Below, piece by piece: positions 28,824-37,195 of a stretch of DNA of 64,000 bases. A program made the position numbers and the translations under genes. The notes beneath the pieces were generated by a model. It did not search any database. It was given only the letters and a program-made list of their open reading frames with translations, and was not told the origin of the DNA. Position 1 is the first letter of the stretch; each line of letters opens with the position of its first letter. The stretch comes from Patescibacteria group bacterium (GTDB lineage: Bacteria; Patescibacteriota; Doudnabacteria; UBA920; O2-02-FULL-48-8): NCBI GenBank assembly GCA_036278915.1, contig DASUKB010000002.1, forward strand, positions 95,162 through 159,161. Direction: 5' to 3'.

Positions 28824-30986
28824 ATGGCTCGCAGACGAAACCAAACTCAAACCAGCCAGGTTGCTTTTAAACGGCCGCAGCTCAATCTCAAAAAAGAAAC
28901 GCGAATCGGCGTGGCTGTGGTCTTTTTCATTGTGCTGGCGATTTTGTTTACGCTTAGCTTATTTGGTGCGGCGGGTAAATTCGGCGAAGTAGCCAACGAT
29001 GTGCTCAAACTGGCTTTCGGCTGGGTGGCCTATGTCGTGCCAGTTATATTTTTGATGGTCGCGGTGGCTCTGATGCGCCGCAACGACGAACAGGAAGCCA
29101 ACACGGTTTCGACTCACGCCTATGTCGGCGCCGTACTTTTGACTTTGACTCTGACTGGTTTTTTGCACCTGTTGGTGATCCGGACCAATGTCGACGCGGC
29201 TTTTGATTTGGTGCGTGCCGGCCGCGGCGGCGGTTACCTGGGGGTTCTGACTTCCTACCCGCTTATGCGCGTGGCTGGATTTGTTGCCACACTTGTGATT
29301 TTGGTGGCGGGCATCATTATTAGTTTATTTGTGACATTTAATATTTCTTTCATGTCGCTCTTCCGTAAAAAACCAGCGGGCGAGCAGGCTGGAAAAATTG
29401 CTCCTAAGCCTTTGAAAATCAACAATGCCGCAGTGGCCGGATTTACCAAAGAGCCCGTGGACAGCCGGGCGAACAAACCTTCCGAAGTCGTGGTCAACAC
29501 GCCTTCCGATGACAAGCCTTTGATGAAACTCAACACAAGACCGCCGGCCGCGGACAAGAATTGGAAATTTCCGCCTATAGATTTGTTGGACGATGCCAAA
29601 ACGCGCGTGGATTCCGGCAATATCGAAGCTAATGTTTCGATCATCCAAAAAACTTTGTCGGATTTTGGTATTGAAGTAGAGATGGGCGAGGTCAATGTCG
29701 GCCCGACCGTGACCCAGTACACGCTGCGGCCGGCCACGGGCGTGAAGCTGTCGCAAATCGGCGCGCTCCAAAACGATTTGGCGCTGGCTCTGGCCGCTTC
29801 AAGCATCCGCATGGAGTTGCCAATTCCCGGCAAGGGATTAGTCGGCCTTGAGGTTCCAAACAAGTCCAATGCCACTGTCCGCATCCGCGAGATTATTTCC
29901 TCCTCTGTATTTGCAGAAAGCTCATCGAAACTGGCATATTCGCTTGGCCGCGACGTAGCCGGACATCCCATAATTGCTGATTTGTCCAAAATGCCTCATT
30001 TGCTGATTGCCGGCGCCACGGGCTCGGGCAAATCCGTGGGCGTCAATTCCATGCTTATAAGTTTCCTGTACCGGGCCACGCCCTCGGAAGTGAAAATGAT
30101 TTTGGTGGACCCCAAGCGCGTGGAACTATCCATGTACAACGGTCTGCCGCATTTGCTGACGCCGGTAATCACCGACCATCAGCAAGCCGTAAATGCTTTG
30201 CGCTGGACAGTGCTTGAGATGGATCGCCGCTACAAAATGCTCCAGGAAGTCCATAAGCGCAACATTGGCGAATTCAACCAATCGAGTCTTATAAAGATGC
30301 CGTACTTGGTAGTGGTTGTTGATGAATTGGCGGACCTTATGAGCGTGGCGCAAAACGAAGTTGAGGCAGCCATTGTCCGTCTGGCGCAAATGGCCCGCGC
30401 CGTAGGCATTCATTTGGTGCTGGCCACACAGCGGCCGAGCGTGGACGTCATCACGGGTTTGATTAAAGCCAACATCACCGCGCGCATGGCGTTTGCCGTG
30501 GCATCGCAAGTGGATTCGCGCACTATCTTGGATATGTCGGGCGCGGAAAAATTGCTCGGCCAAGGCGATATGCTCTATATAACTTCCGATCTGCCCAAAC
30601 CCAAGCGCGTGCAGGGTACGTATGTCGGCGAAAAGGAAATCCAAAAAGTTACGGAGTTTATCAAAGAACAAGCCGGGGACGTAATCTACGACGAACAGAT
30701 TTTGGAAAAACCGGCACGTGCAAGCGGCGCACCGGGTTATGATTCGGACGGCGACGAAGATGAATTGATGCAAGAAGCAACACAGATTGTGCAACAAGCC
30801 GGCAAGGCATCGGCATCACTGCTGCAGCGAAGGTTGCGCGTGGGATATGCGCGCGCCGCAAGACTTCTGGATATAATGGAAGAAAAAGGAATTGTCGGTC
30901 CGGCCGACGGCGCCAAACCGCGTGAAGTTTATGGTACTCAAGGTTCCGGCGAGAACGGCGAATCAACTATTGATGATTTCCAGTAA
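28824..30986 (+). CDS. ftsK: DNA translocase FtsK/SpoIIIE
   Basis: N-terminal TMs, AGATGSGKS, DELADLM, ATQRPS, gamma domain LQRRLRVGYARAA. Confidence 0.97.
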   Translation: MARRRNQTQTSQVAFKRPQLNLKKETRIGVAVVFFIVLAILFTLSLFGAAGKFGEVANDVLKLAFGWVAYVVPVIFLMVAVALMRRNDEQEANTVSTHAYVGAVLLTLTLTGFLHLLVIRTNVDAAFDLVRAGRGGGYLGVLTSYPLMRVAGFVATLVILVAGIIISLFVTFNISFMSLFRKKPAGEQAGKIAPKPLKINNAAVAGFTKEPVDSRANKPSEVVVNTPSDDKPLMKLNTRPPAADKNWKFPPIDLLDDAKTRVDSGNIEANVSIIQKTLSDFGIEVEMGEVNVGPTVTQYTLRPATGVKLSQIGALQNDLALALAASSIRMELPIPGKGLVGLEVPNKSNATVRIREIISSSVFAESSSKLAYSLGRDVAGHPIIADLSKMPHLLIAGATGSGKSVGVNSMLISFLYRATPSEVKMILVDPKRVELSMYNGLPHLLTPVITDHQQAVNALRWTVLEMDRRYKMLQEVHKRNIGEFNQSSLIKMPYLVVVVDELADLMSVAQNEVEAAIVRLAQMARAVGIHLVLATQRPSVDVITGLIKANITARMAFAVASQVDSRTILDMSGAEKLLGQGDMLYITSDLPKPKRVQGTYVGEKEIQKVTEFIKEQAGDVIYDEQILEKPARASGAPGYDSDGDEDELMQEATQIVQQAGKASASLLQRRLRVGYARAARLLDIMEEKGIVGPADGAKPREVYGTQGSGENGESTIDDFQ

Positions 30987-31037
30987 GTTGACAACTTGAT
31001 TGCTTGGGTCTAGGATTAATTCACAAGTGAATATCTC

Positions 31038-31097
31038 AAAGCGGCTCATCCACCTACGCACCACGTGCTTCGGCGGACAAGAAGGCCGCTTTTGTTT
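31038..31097 (+). repeat. Terminator-like hairpin carrying a TCCRCCTACGC...GCTTYGGCGGACA element in its loop
   Basis: aaagcggc...gccgctttt encloses 31049-31078; second element copy at 43042-43072. Confidence 0.7.
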
Positions 31098-31173
31098 ATC
31101 CCCACACCTTTCGTCAAGTGGAGGAGTAAGCGCAAAAAAGGTGGGGATTTATGGTATTATGTGAGTATTGAAA

Positions 31174-31204
31174 TTGGACTACCGCAAAAAATGCGGTAGT
31201 CCAA
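31174..31204. promoter_or_regulatory. Perfect 13-bp-arm inverted repeat upstream of the RhuM/Fic gene
   Basis: TTGGACTACCGCA-AAAAA-TGCGGTAGTCCAA. Confidence 0.6.
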
Positions 31205-31240
31205 AAAGCAATGTGCAAAAAGTGCAACAATTCAAAATAT

Positions 31241-32242
31241 ATGGAAAAACAAGAAAATAAGGGTGAAATCATCATATACAAGTCAGATTCTGGTCCAGAG
31301 CTTCAAATAAAACTGGAGAACGATTCGGTTTGGCTGACACAGGCTCAAATGGCTGAGCTGTTTGATAGGGACAGGGATACTATTTCGGAGCATATTCAGC
31401 ATGTCTATAAAACCGCAGAACTAAGCCCAAATTCAGTTACCCGGAAATTCCGGGTAACTGCCCGTGATGGTAAAAGCTATAATGTTGAGCACTATAATCT
31501 CGATATGATTATCTCGGTGGGTTATCGGGTGAATTCCAAACGTGGCACACAGTTTCGTATCTGGGCAACTAAACACCTTCGTGGTTATTTGCTTAAAGGT
31601 TATTTGATAAACGAGAGAAGGTTGCGGGAAAATCAGGATGCCAAATTAAAAGAATTACAACAAGCACATCTTTTGATTCAACAAGCGCTTGAAAGCAGAC
31701 GGTTGGATGGATTTGAAAAGGAATTGGTTAACATCATCACTGATTATACAAATACCTGGATTGTGCTCAACGAGTACGACAGTGGAAAGCTGAAAATTTC
31801 TGATGTCAGTAAAAACAAGACGAGCTATTTGGATTTTGGAAAGGTCACGGATTCCGTAAGTCGTTTTAAAAACAGACTGCAGGCAAACAAACTGGCAACA
31901 GCTGATTTTGGGAAACCAAATGGAAACAAACTGCAAAAGATCCTGACCCGCGTCAAACAAAATTTGGATGGGGTTGATGTTTATCCTTCAGCCGAAGAAA
32001 AAGGCGCGCACTTATTTTATTTTCTCATTTCAGAAAAACCGTTTGCCGACGGCAATAAACGTATCGCATCTCTAATTTTTATTTTATTCCTCATTGAAAA
32101 TCATTTGTTGTACAACCGCAAAGGCGAGCGCCGCATTAACGATTCAGCATTGGCCGCGCTGGCGTTGCTTGTGGCTGAATCCAAACCGTCGCAGAAGGAT
32201 GTCATGGTAAAATTAATTGTGAATTTGATAAATAAAAAGTAA
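31241..32242 (+). CDS. RhuM family protein fused to a Fic/DOC-like domain
   Basis: VWLTQAQMAELF, YNLDMIISVGYRVNS-RGTQFRIWAT; KPFADGNKR. Confidence 0.92.
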   Translation: MEKQENKGEIIIYKSDSGPELQIKLENDSVWLTQAQMAELFDRDRDTISEHIQHVYKTAELSPNSVTRKFRVTARDGKSYNVEHYNLDMIISVGYRVNSKRGTQFRIWATKHLRGYLLKGYLINERRLRENQDAKLKELQQAHLLIQQALESRRLDGFEKELVNIITDYTNTWIVLNEYDSGKLKISDVSKNKTSYLDFGKVTDSVSRFKNRLQANKLATADFGKPNGNKLQKILTRVKQNLDGVDVYPSAEEKGAHLFYFLISEKPFADGNKRIASLIFILFLIENHLLYNRKGERRINDSALAALALLVAESKPSQKDVMVKLIVNLINKK

Positions 32243-32260
32243 ACAGTAAGTAGTAAACAG

Positions 32261-33202
32261 ATGTCGGAACCCTTGTTCAAATCAAAACCAATTAAGATTG
32301 ATACTCTCGGGGCTTATTTAAAACAGCTGCGAGAGAAATTAAATTTGGACATTAAGACTGTCAGTCTTTTGACGCAGATCAAACCCGCGTATTTGGAAAA
32401 TCTTGAATCCGGGAATTATGAAAAATTGCCGGCTGATGTGTATATCCGCGGGTTTATCAAAAATTTATCGCAGCTTTACCGCGTGGAGGAGGAGCCGCTC
32501 GTGGAGCAATTCGAAAAAGAGCACGGCTTTGCCAAAGCTCACAGCGTACGGGCCGCCCTCCACCCGAAACGCGCTTGGTTTACGCCAAGAATGATCATCA
32601 TTTTGAGTTCTGTGGCATTGTTTCTGGCCGGGTTTATATATGTAGCCACGCAGGTGAGCTCGGTTCTGACGCCGCCGAAACTGACCATAGATGAGCCTGC
32701 GGGCGATGAAACTATTACCGGCAACAGCGTGGTTATCTCCGGCAATGCGGAAATCGGATCGGATGTGGCCATAAATGACCAGGCCGTGTTTTTGGATCCC
32801 AATGGCCAGTTCAATGAAAATGTCATTTTAAGCGACGGCATTAACATCATCCAAATCACGGCCAAAAACAGATTCAATAAAGCTACCACAGTCACACGAC
32901 AGATCAATGCTCAAATTCCAACCACGGCGCCGCAGACTCCGGCCAGCCCCGTGAACTTAACTATCGTCATTGGTCCGAATCCGGCCTGGCTTTCTATTGA
33001 GGCCGACGGCGTCACGCTCCAACGCGGGACGATGCTGGCCGGTTCCACAAAAACTATTTCGGCCAATGACGAAATTGTTTTGACTTCTGCCAATGCCGGT
33101 TCAACGCAGGTTCTCTACAACGGCAAAGATTTGGGCAAGCTTGGACGCGAGGGCGAAGTCATCCGCAATGTGGAATTTAATTCTCAGACTGCAAGTCCAT
33201 AA
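32261..33202 (+). CDS. RodZ-like HTH-TM protein with Ig-like and DUF4115 domains
   Basis: LGAYLK-RE HTH, LPADVYIRGF, TM, C-terminal NAGS-NGK-LG. Confidence 0.85.
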   Translation: MSEPLFKSKPIKIDTLGAYLKQLREKLNLDIKTVSLLTQIKPAYLENLESGNYEKLPADVYIRGFIKNLSQLYRVEEEPLVEQFEKEHGFAKAHSVRAALHPKRAWFTPRMIIILSSVALFLAGFIYVATQVSSVLTPPKLTIDEPAGDETITGNSVVISGNAEIGSDVAINDQAVFLDPNGQFNENVILSDGINIIQITAKNRFNKATTVTRQINAQIPTTAPQTPASPVNLTIVIGPNPAWLSIEADGVTLQRGTMLAGSTKTISANDEIVLTSANAGSTQVLYNGKDLGKLGREGEVIRNVEFNSQTASP

Positions 33203-33296
33203 ATGGTTGCATAATTAACAGGCGGGCTTTATACTAAACCTACCAAAAAAATTCAGCGGCAGTTCCGATATAACCGGAACAGGAAAGAAAAAATTT

Positions 33297-34325
33297 ATGA
33301 CCAAGGGCAGCAACAAAATAGAAGCTTCGGGAAATTTGGAGGAGACGCTTGCGTCTATCCGTGACAAATTTGGCGAAGGCGCAATTATGACCTTATCGAA
33401 AGCGCGCTCTATGGATGTCGAGACGATTGCCACCGGATCGATCTCGCTCGACTTGGCTTTGGGAGGCGGCATCCCGCGCGGACGCATTATAGAAATTTTC
33501 GGACCAGAAGGGTCTGGCAAAACAACTTTGGCTATGCACGTTATCGCTGAAATTCAAAAGGACGGCGGCGTGGCCGCGTTCGTGGATGCCGAACACGCGC
33601 TCGATCCGGAACGGGCCAAAGCCGTGGGTGTGAAGATAGATAAACTTTTGATTTCGCAGCCCGACTCCGGCGAGCAAGCCTTGGATATTGTGGAAGCGTT
33701 GGTGCGGTCGAATTCCGTGGACATCATTGTCGTCGATTCGGTGGCCGCGCTCACGCCGCGCGCCGAACTTGAAGGCGAGATGGGCGACTCGCATATGGGG
33801 TTGCACGCGCGATTAATGTCGCAAGCGCTTCGAAAATTGACCAGCATAATTTCCAAATCAAAATCCACGGTAATCTTCATCAACCAGATCCGTATGAAGA
33901 TCGGCGTTATGTTCGGCAACCCCGAAACCACAACCGGCGGCAAGGCCTTGCCGTTCTACACTTCGGTGCGCATCGAAATCCGCCGCCTGGCACAGATTAA
34001 GCAGGGCGAACAGATCGTAGGCAACCGCGTGAAGGCCAAGGTTGTGAAAAATAAGGTGGCGCCGCCGTTCCGGTCCACGGAGTTTGATATTATGTTTTCG
34101 GAAGGCGGCATCTCGTACGCCGGAGACCTGCTCGATACAGCCGCCCGCTACAATATCGTGGCCAAATCGGGGAATACATTCAGTTTTGGTGAAACGAAAC
34201 TCGGAGTGGGCCGTGAAAACGCGAAAAAATACCTACTGGATAACCCAAAGCTAGCAAAAGAGCTAGACAAAGCGGTCCGGCTGAAGTCTAAGACCATAGA
34301 ATTTGGTGAAACTTCCGCGGTGTAA
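33297..34325 (+). CDS. recA: Recombinase RecA
   Basis: [35 protein letters not shown]. Confidence 0.99.
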   Translation: MTKGSNKIEASGNLEETLASIRDKFGEGAIMTLSKARSMDVETIATGSISLDLALGGGIPRGRIIEIFGPEGSGKTTLAMHVIAEIQKDGGVAAFVDAEHALDPERAKAVGVKIDKLLISQPDSGEQALDIVEALVRSNSVDIIVVDSVAALTPRAELEGEMGDSHMGLHARLMSQALRKLTSIISKSKSTVIFINQIRMKIGVMFGNPETTTGGKALPFYTSVRIEIRRLAQIKQGEQIVGNRVKAKVVKNKVAPPFRSTEFDIMFSEGGISYAGDLLDTAARYNIVAKSGNTFSFGETKLGVGRENAKKYLLDNPKLAKELDKAVRLKSKTIEFGETSAV

Positions 34326-34360
34326 GCCTTAAATTCCGAATCAAAACTCCAACATTTATA

Positions 34361-34405
34361 AAATTGCTCCTGAAAATTGACAGGAGCAATTTTTTTTGCT
34401 ATAAT
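34361..34405 (+). promoter_or_regulatory. recA terminator overlapping a consensus extended -10 promoter
   Basis: Hairpin aaattgctcctg/caggagcaattt; TTGACA(34377)-17-TATAAT(34400) with TG. Confidence 0.85.
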
Positions 34406-34411
34406 GTCTTC

Positions 34412-34898
34412 AGAACATTAAAAACCGAATATAAATCACTGGCCGAATAAGGATAGGAGAGAATTTTCAGTTCTCAAGCGCACGTTTGTGGGCTGTAAGT
34501 TCTTTCACTATTCGTCATAGCTGTTCTAATCCAGCTGCTTGAAAAACAAAAATAAAAAATCAAAAAGTTTTATATAAACAAACAAAAATAAAACAAAAAG
34601 TTTGAGGTCTCACGACCATAAGAACAGTGATTGAACCAATGCTTATAAAGCGATTAGATATATGAGCAGCAAAAAGGTTTCTGATCTAACATGTTTACCT
34701 CTGTTCCAGGCTTTGGAGCTGAAAGCAACAAAATTTTGCTTTAAGCCCCGTAACCTGAGAACGGAGATAAGCTGAGAACAGAGATCTCCGCAGCGGTATC
34801 ACGCTACATAATTTATATATTGGGCGGTTCGATACCGCTGCTATCCAATTTTACTTAGCAGCCAAATTTACAGTCTTCAACGGAAGGCTTTTTTGTTT
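34412..34898 (+). ncRNA. Large structured non-coding RNA of unknown class with tRNA-like ends
   Basis: No ORF of 60 aa or more; consensus promoter; terminator 34872-34898; nested stems; T-arm-like 34823-34839. Confidence 0.7.
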
Positions 34899-34908
34899 AC
34901 CCAATAAA

Positions 34909-34947
34909 CTCCCTTCTCCTAAATTAGGAGAAGGGTCGGAGATGAGG
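34909..34947 (-). repeat. REP-like element, copy 3 (inverted)
   Basis: Reverse complement cctcatctccgacccttctcctaatttaggagaaggg. Confidence 0.75.
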
Positions 34948-35002
34948 TATTTGGTCTGATGCTGTAAATTTGCTATAATATTTTTAAATTAACCAAGATG
35001 AT

Positions 35003-35362
35003 ATGATCTCCAAAGAACTAATTGAAGAAAATAAACAAAAATTGCTTGCCGAGCAAAAACAAATTCGCGCTGTGCTAAATCGCGAAGATATCAAAGACGG
35101 CAAGGGTGAGTTTCCCGGCGACTACAAACCAAAATATGATGAGCTTGGAAACGAGGAAGGGGATAACGCTTCCGAAGTTGAAAATTTTAGCAACCAGCTC
35201 GGCGTCACCGAAAGCTTGGAAAGCAAACTCAAGAAAGTCGAATGGGCTTTAGCGCGAATTGAAAATGGCACATACGGCGTATGCGCCGAAGGAGATGAGA
35301 TAGAAGAAGATCGTTTGCGTGCTCTGCCAACAGCCGAGACTTGCGTTAGACACGCGCAGTAA
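35003..35362 (+). CDS. TraR/DksA family protein
   Basis: Coiled coil GDNASE, ALARIENGTYGVC, RLRALPTAETC. Confidence 0.9.
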   Translation: MISKELIEENKQKLLAEQKQIRAVLNREDIKDGKGEFPGDYKPKYDELGNEEGDNASEVENFSNQLGVTESLESKLKKVEWALARIENGTYGVCAEGDEIEEDRLRALPTAETCVRHAQ

Positions 35363-35389
35363 ACAGTAATCAGGACAGGAAGCAGAATT

Positions 35390-35863
35390 ATGAAAAACAA
35401 ACTCTTTGTTTACTGTTTACTGCTTGCTGTTCTCTTGTTTGTAGACCAAATCACGAAGGCGATTTTTGCCAATCGTGATTTTTATTTTCTGGGCATGCAT
35501 TTCCATCTCGTAAAAAATTATGGACTATCGTTTGGTTTGAATTTCGGCAACGCCTTGGATTTGGGAATCATCGTAGCGGCGCTTGTGGCGTTCCTGGTTT
35601 ATCTATTTGTCAATTCCAGTTCTGGAAAAATTAATTATGGCGTGCTCCTGGTGGTAGCCGGCGCTGCAGGAAATTTGATAGATCGGCTGCGATTGGGGTT
35701 TGTGCGGGATTTTTGGGATATCCGACTGGGATTTACATTTAATTTTGCCGATGCTTTGATTTTTATTGGGTTGCTTATGCTGTTGTTCGGCAAAGATTAC
35801 AGTAAAACATCGCCGAATGCGGATAGTAATACAGACGCCATGCGCCAAATGCCTCAAAATTGA
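35390..35863 (+). CDS. lspA: Signal peptidase II
   Basis: DQITK, NYGLSFG, GNLIDR, VRDF, FNFAD. Confidence 0.95.
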   Translation: MKNKLFVYCLLLAVLLFVDQITKAIFANRDFYFLGMHFHLVKNYGLSFGLNFGNALDLGIIVAALVAFLVYLFVNSSSGKINYGVLLVVAGAAGNLIDRLRLGFVRDFWDIRLGFTFNFADALIFIGLLMLLFGKDYSKTSPNADSNTDAMRQMPQN

Positions 35864-35964
35864 GTTATGCTGCGAAGGTTTTTTGGCAAATTTACTGATG
35901 ACTTAAAATTTCGGGCCGTGTAGGATGAAAAAGTCATTAGTATGGAAGGAGGTGTTTACAAAAT

Positions 35965-36084
35965 ATGGCAGAACGAAAGAGAAGCGGCCGGGGCTGGTTT
36001 GGGGATAGCGTAGGACACGCCAAAGCCGGACGTCTAGGTGGGCGCGCACGCGGCAGAAACAGGAATAATTCAAGTTCAAGTTAA
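35965..36084 (+). CDS. 39-aa KGG-repeat/stress-induced-type small protein (absent from ORF track)
   Basis: SD AAGGAGGTG; MAERKRSGRGWFGDSVGHAKAGRLGGRARGRNRNNSSSS. Confidence 0.7.
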   Translation: MAERKRSGRGWFGDSVGHAKAGRLGGRARGRNRNNSSSS

Positions 36085-36200
36085 AGCCCCAATTTATTTT
36101 ATGGAGAGACAAACAGACGGTTTTAAAAATCGCCTGTTTGTTATGTAAGAGGAAACAAGTTATAATATGGCAGAAAGTTAAATCTTTCTGTTTTAATTTA

Positions 36201-36367
36201 AGCGGTAGAACAAATGTCTTACCCGCCCGACCGAACGACTTTATGGGCATGTAGCTCAGCGGTAGAGCAAATGTCTTATACACATTGGGTCCCTGGTTCG
36301 AATCCAGGCATGCCCACCATAATTTCAATCAATCGTTCGGTCGTTCGGAATCCTTCCTGGCCCACCA
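36201..36367 (+). pseudogene. Outer, decayed tRNA-Ile(TAT) remnant enclosing an inverted repeat and an intact tRNA-Ile
   Basis: AGCGGTAGAACAAATGTCTTA then CCCGCCCGACCGAACGA; TCGTTCGGTCG arm; ...AATCCTTCCTGGCCCACCA. Confidence 0.8.
36245..36319 (+). tRNA. tRNA-Ile(TAT), nested
   Basis: GGGCATG/CATGCCC, AATGT-CTTATAC-ACATT, A73, CCA. Confidence 0.92.
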
Positions 36368-36576
36368 ATAAACAAGTGTCAGTTCTGCAAACAAAATGTA
36401 CTTTGTGGAAAACCCGGATAGGGTTTTTTATTTTGCCTTATTTTCTTAATATTTAGGAGCTCTTGACAGTAGGTGAACGATCGTATACCATAAGGTCATG
36501 GAAAGTAAAACGAAGGAATCGGTGGCTTTGGGAGCCGCCCCAAACCAACTGATTCCTTCGAACTTCCTACAAAATT

Positions 36577-37191
36577 ATGAATTCACTTACCCCTCGCCAA
36601 AAACAATTATTAGACTTACTCACCGATGAAATTCGCACGAAAGGCTTACCGCCGTCGATTTCGGAGATCGCCCAAAACCTCCGCCTTAAATCTAAAAACG
36701 CAGTGGCAAAGCTGCTCCGGGTTCTGGAAGATAAAGGATTTATCCGCCGTTCTGGCAAGGCCCGCGGGATTGAAGTCTTAAATCCCGAAGGAGAACCAAT
36801 CGGCCTGGGCACAATCAGCCTGCCGCTTATCGGTCGCATTACTGCCGGACTCCCAATGTTGGCCGAAGAGCAGATCGAAGATTGGCTCAACCTGCCAGCA
36901 AGCCTGGTCCGCGGACGCAAGGATGTATTTCTGCTTAAAGTCCAGGGACACAGTATGAAGGACGCAGGCATTCTTGACCGCGATTTGGTTATTGTAAAAC
37001 AGCAGAAAATTGCCGAGATAAATGATATAGTTGTGGCGCTGCTCGAGGACGAAGCCACAGTTAAACGCTTGGTCAAAAAAGACAGTCGGTTCTATTTAAA
37101 AGCAGAGAATAAAGAGTACCCAAACATCTACCCTGAGCATGAATGGTCGATCCAGGGAAAAGTAATCGGCGTGATCCGCCGGATGGAATAA
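36577..37191 (+). CDS. lexA: Transcriptional repressor LexA
   Basis: LTPRQ-PPSISEI wHTH, ARGI, ITAG cleavage site, GHSM, EATVKR. Confidence 0.95.
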   Translation: MNSLTPRQKQLLDLLTDEIRTKGLPPSISEIAQNLRLKSKNAVAKLLRVLEDKGFIRRSGKARGIEVLNPEGEPIGLGTISLPLIGRITAGLPMLAEEQIEDWLNLPASLVRGRKDVFLLKVQGHSMKDAGILDRDLVIVKQQKIAEINDIVVALLEDEATVKRLVKKDSRFYLKAENKEYPNIYPEHEWSIQGKVIGVIRRME

Positions 37192-37195
37192 TCTT

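Noticed and set aside
34412-34898. tmRNA, RNase P RNA or T-box leader
   Set aside because: No G3:U70, CCA or tag frame ending in Ala; no GAGGAAAGTC core; GCGGTATCACG only loosely resembles a T-box and the downstream gene is not amino-acid related.
35903-36328. 141-aa minus-strand ORF and other ORFs across tRNAs (8612-8881, 13935-14282, 50328-50624)
   Set aside because: Shadow frames over tRNA genes and the real small plus-strand ORF.
16793-36414. oriC from DnaA-box matches (TTTTCCACA near 16793, TGTGGAAAA near 36406)
   Set aside because: Isolated single boxes, no cluster and no dnaA nearby.
36473-36487. Firmicutes-type LexA box (GAAC-N4-GTTC) in the lexA promoter
   Set aside because: Reads GAAC-GATC-GTAT, and no matching site was seen upstream of recA.
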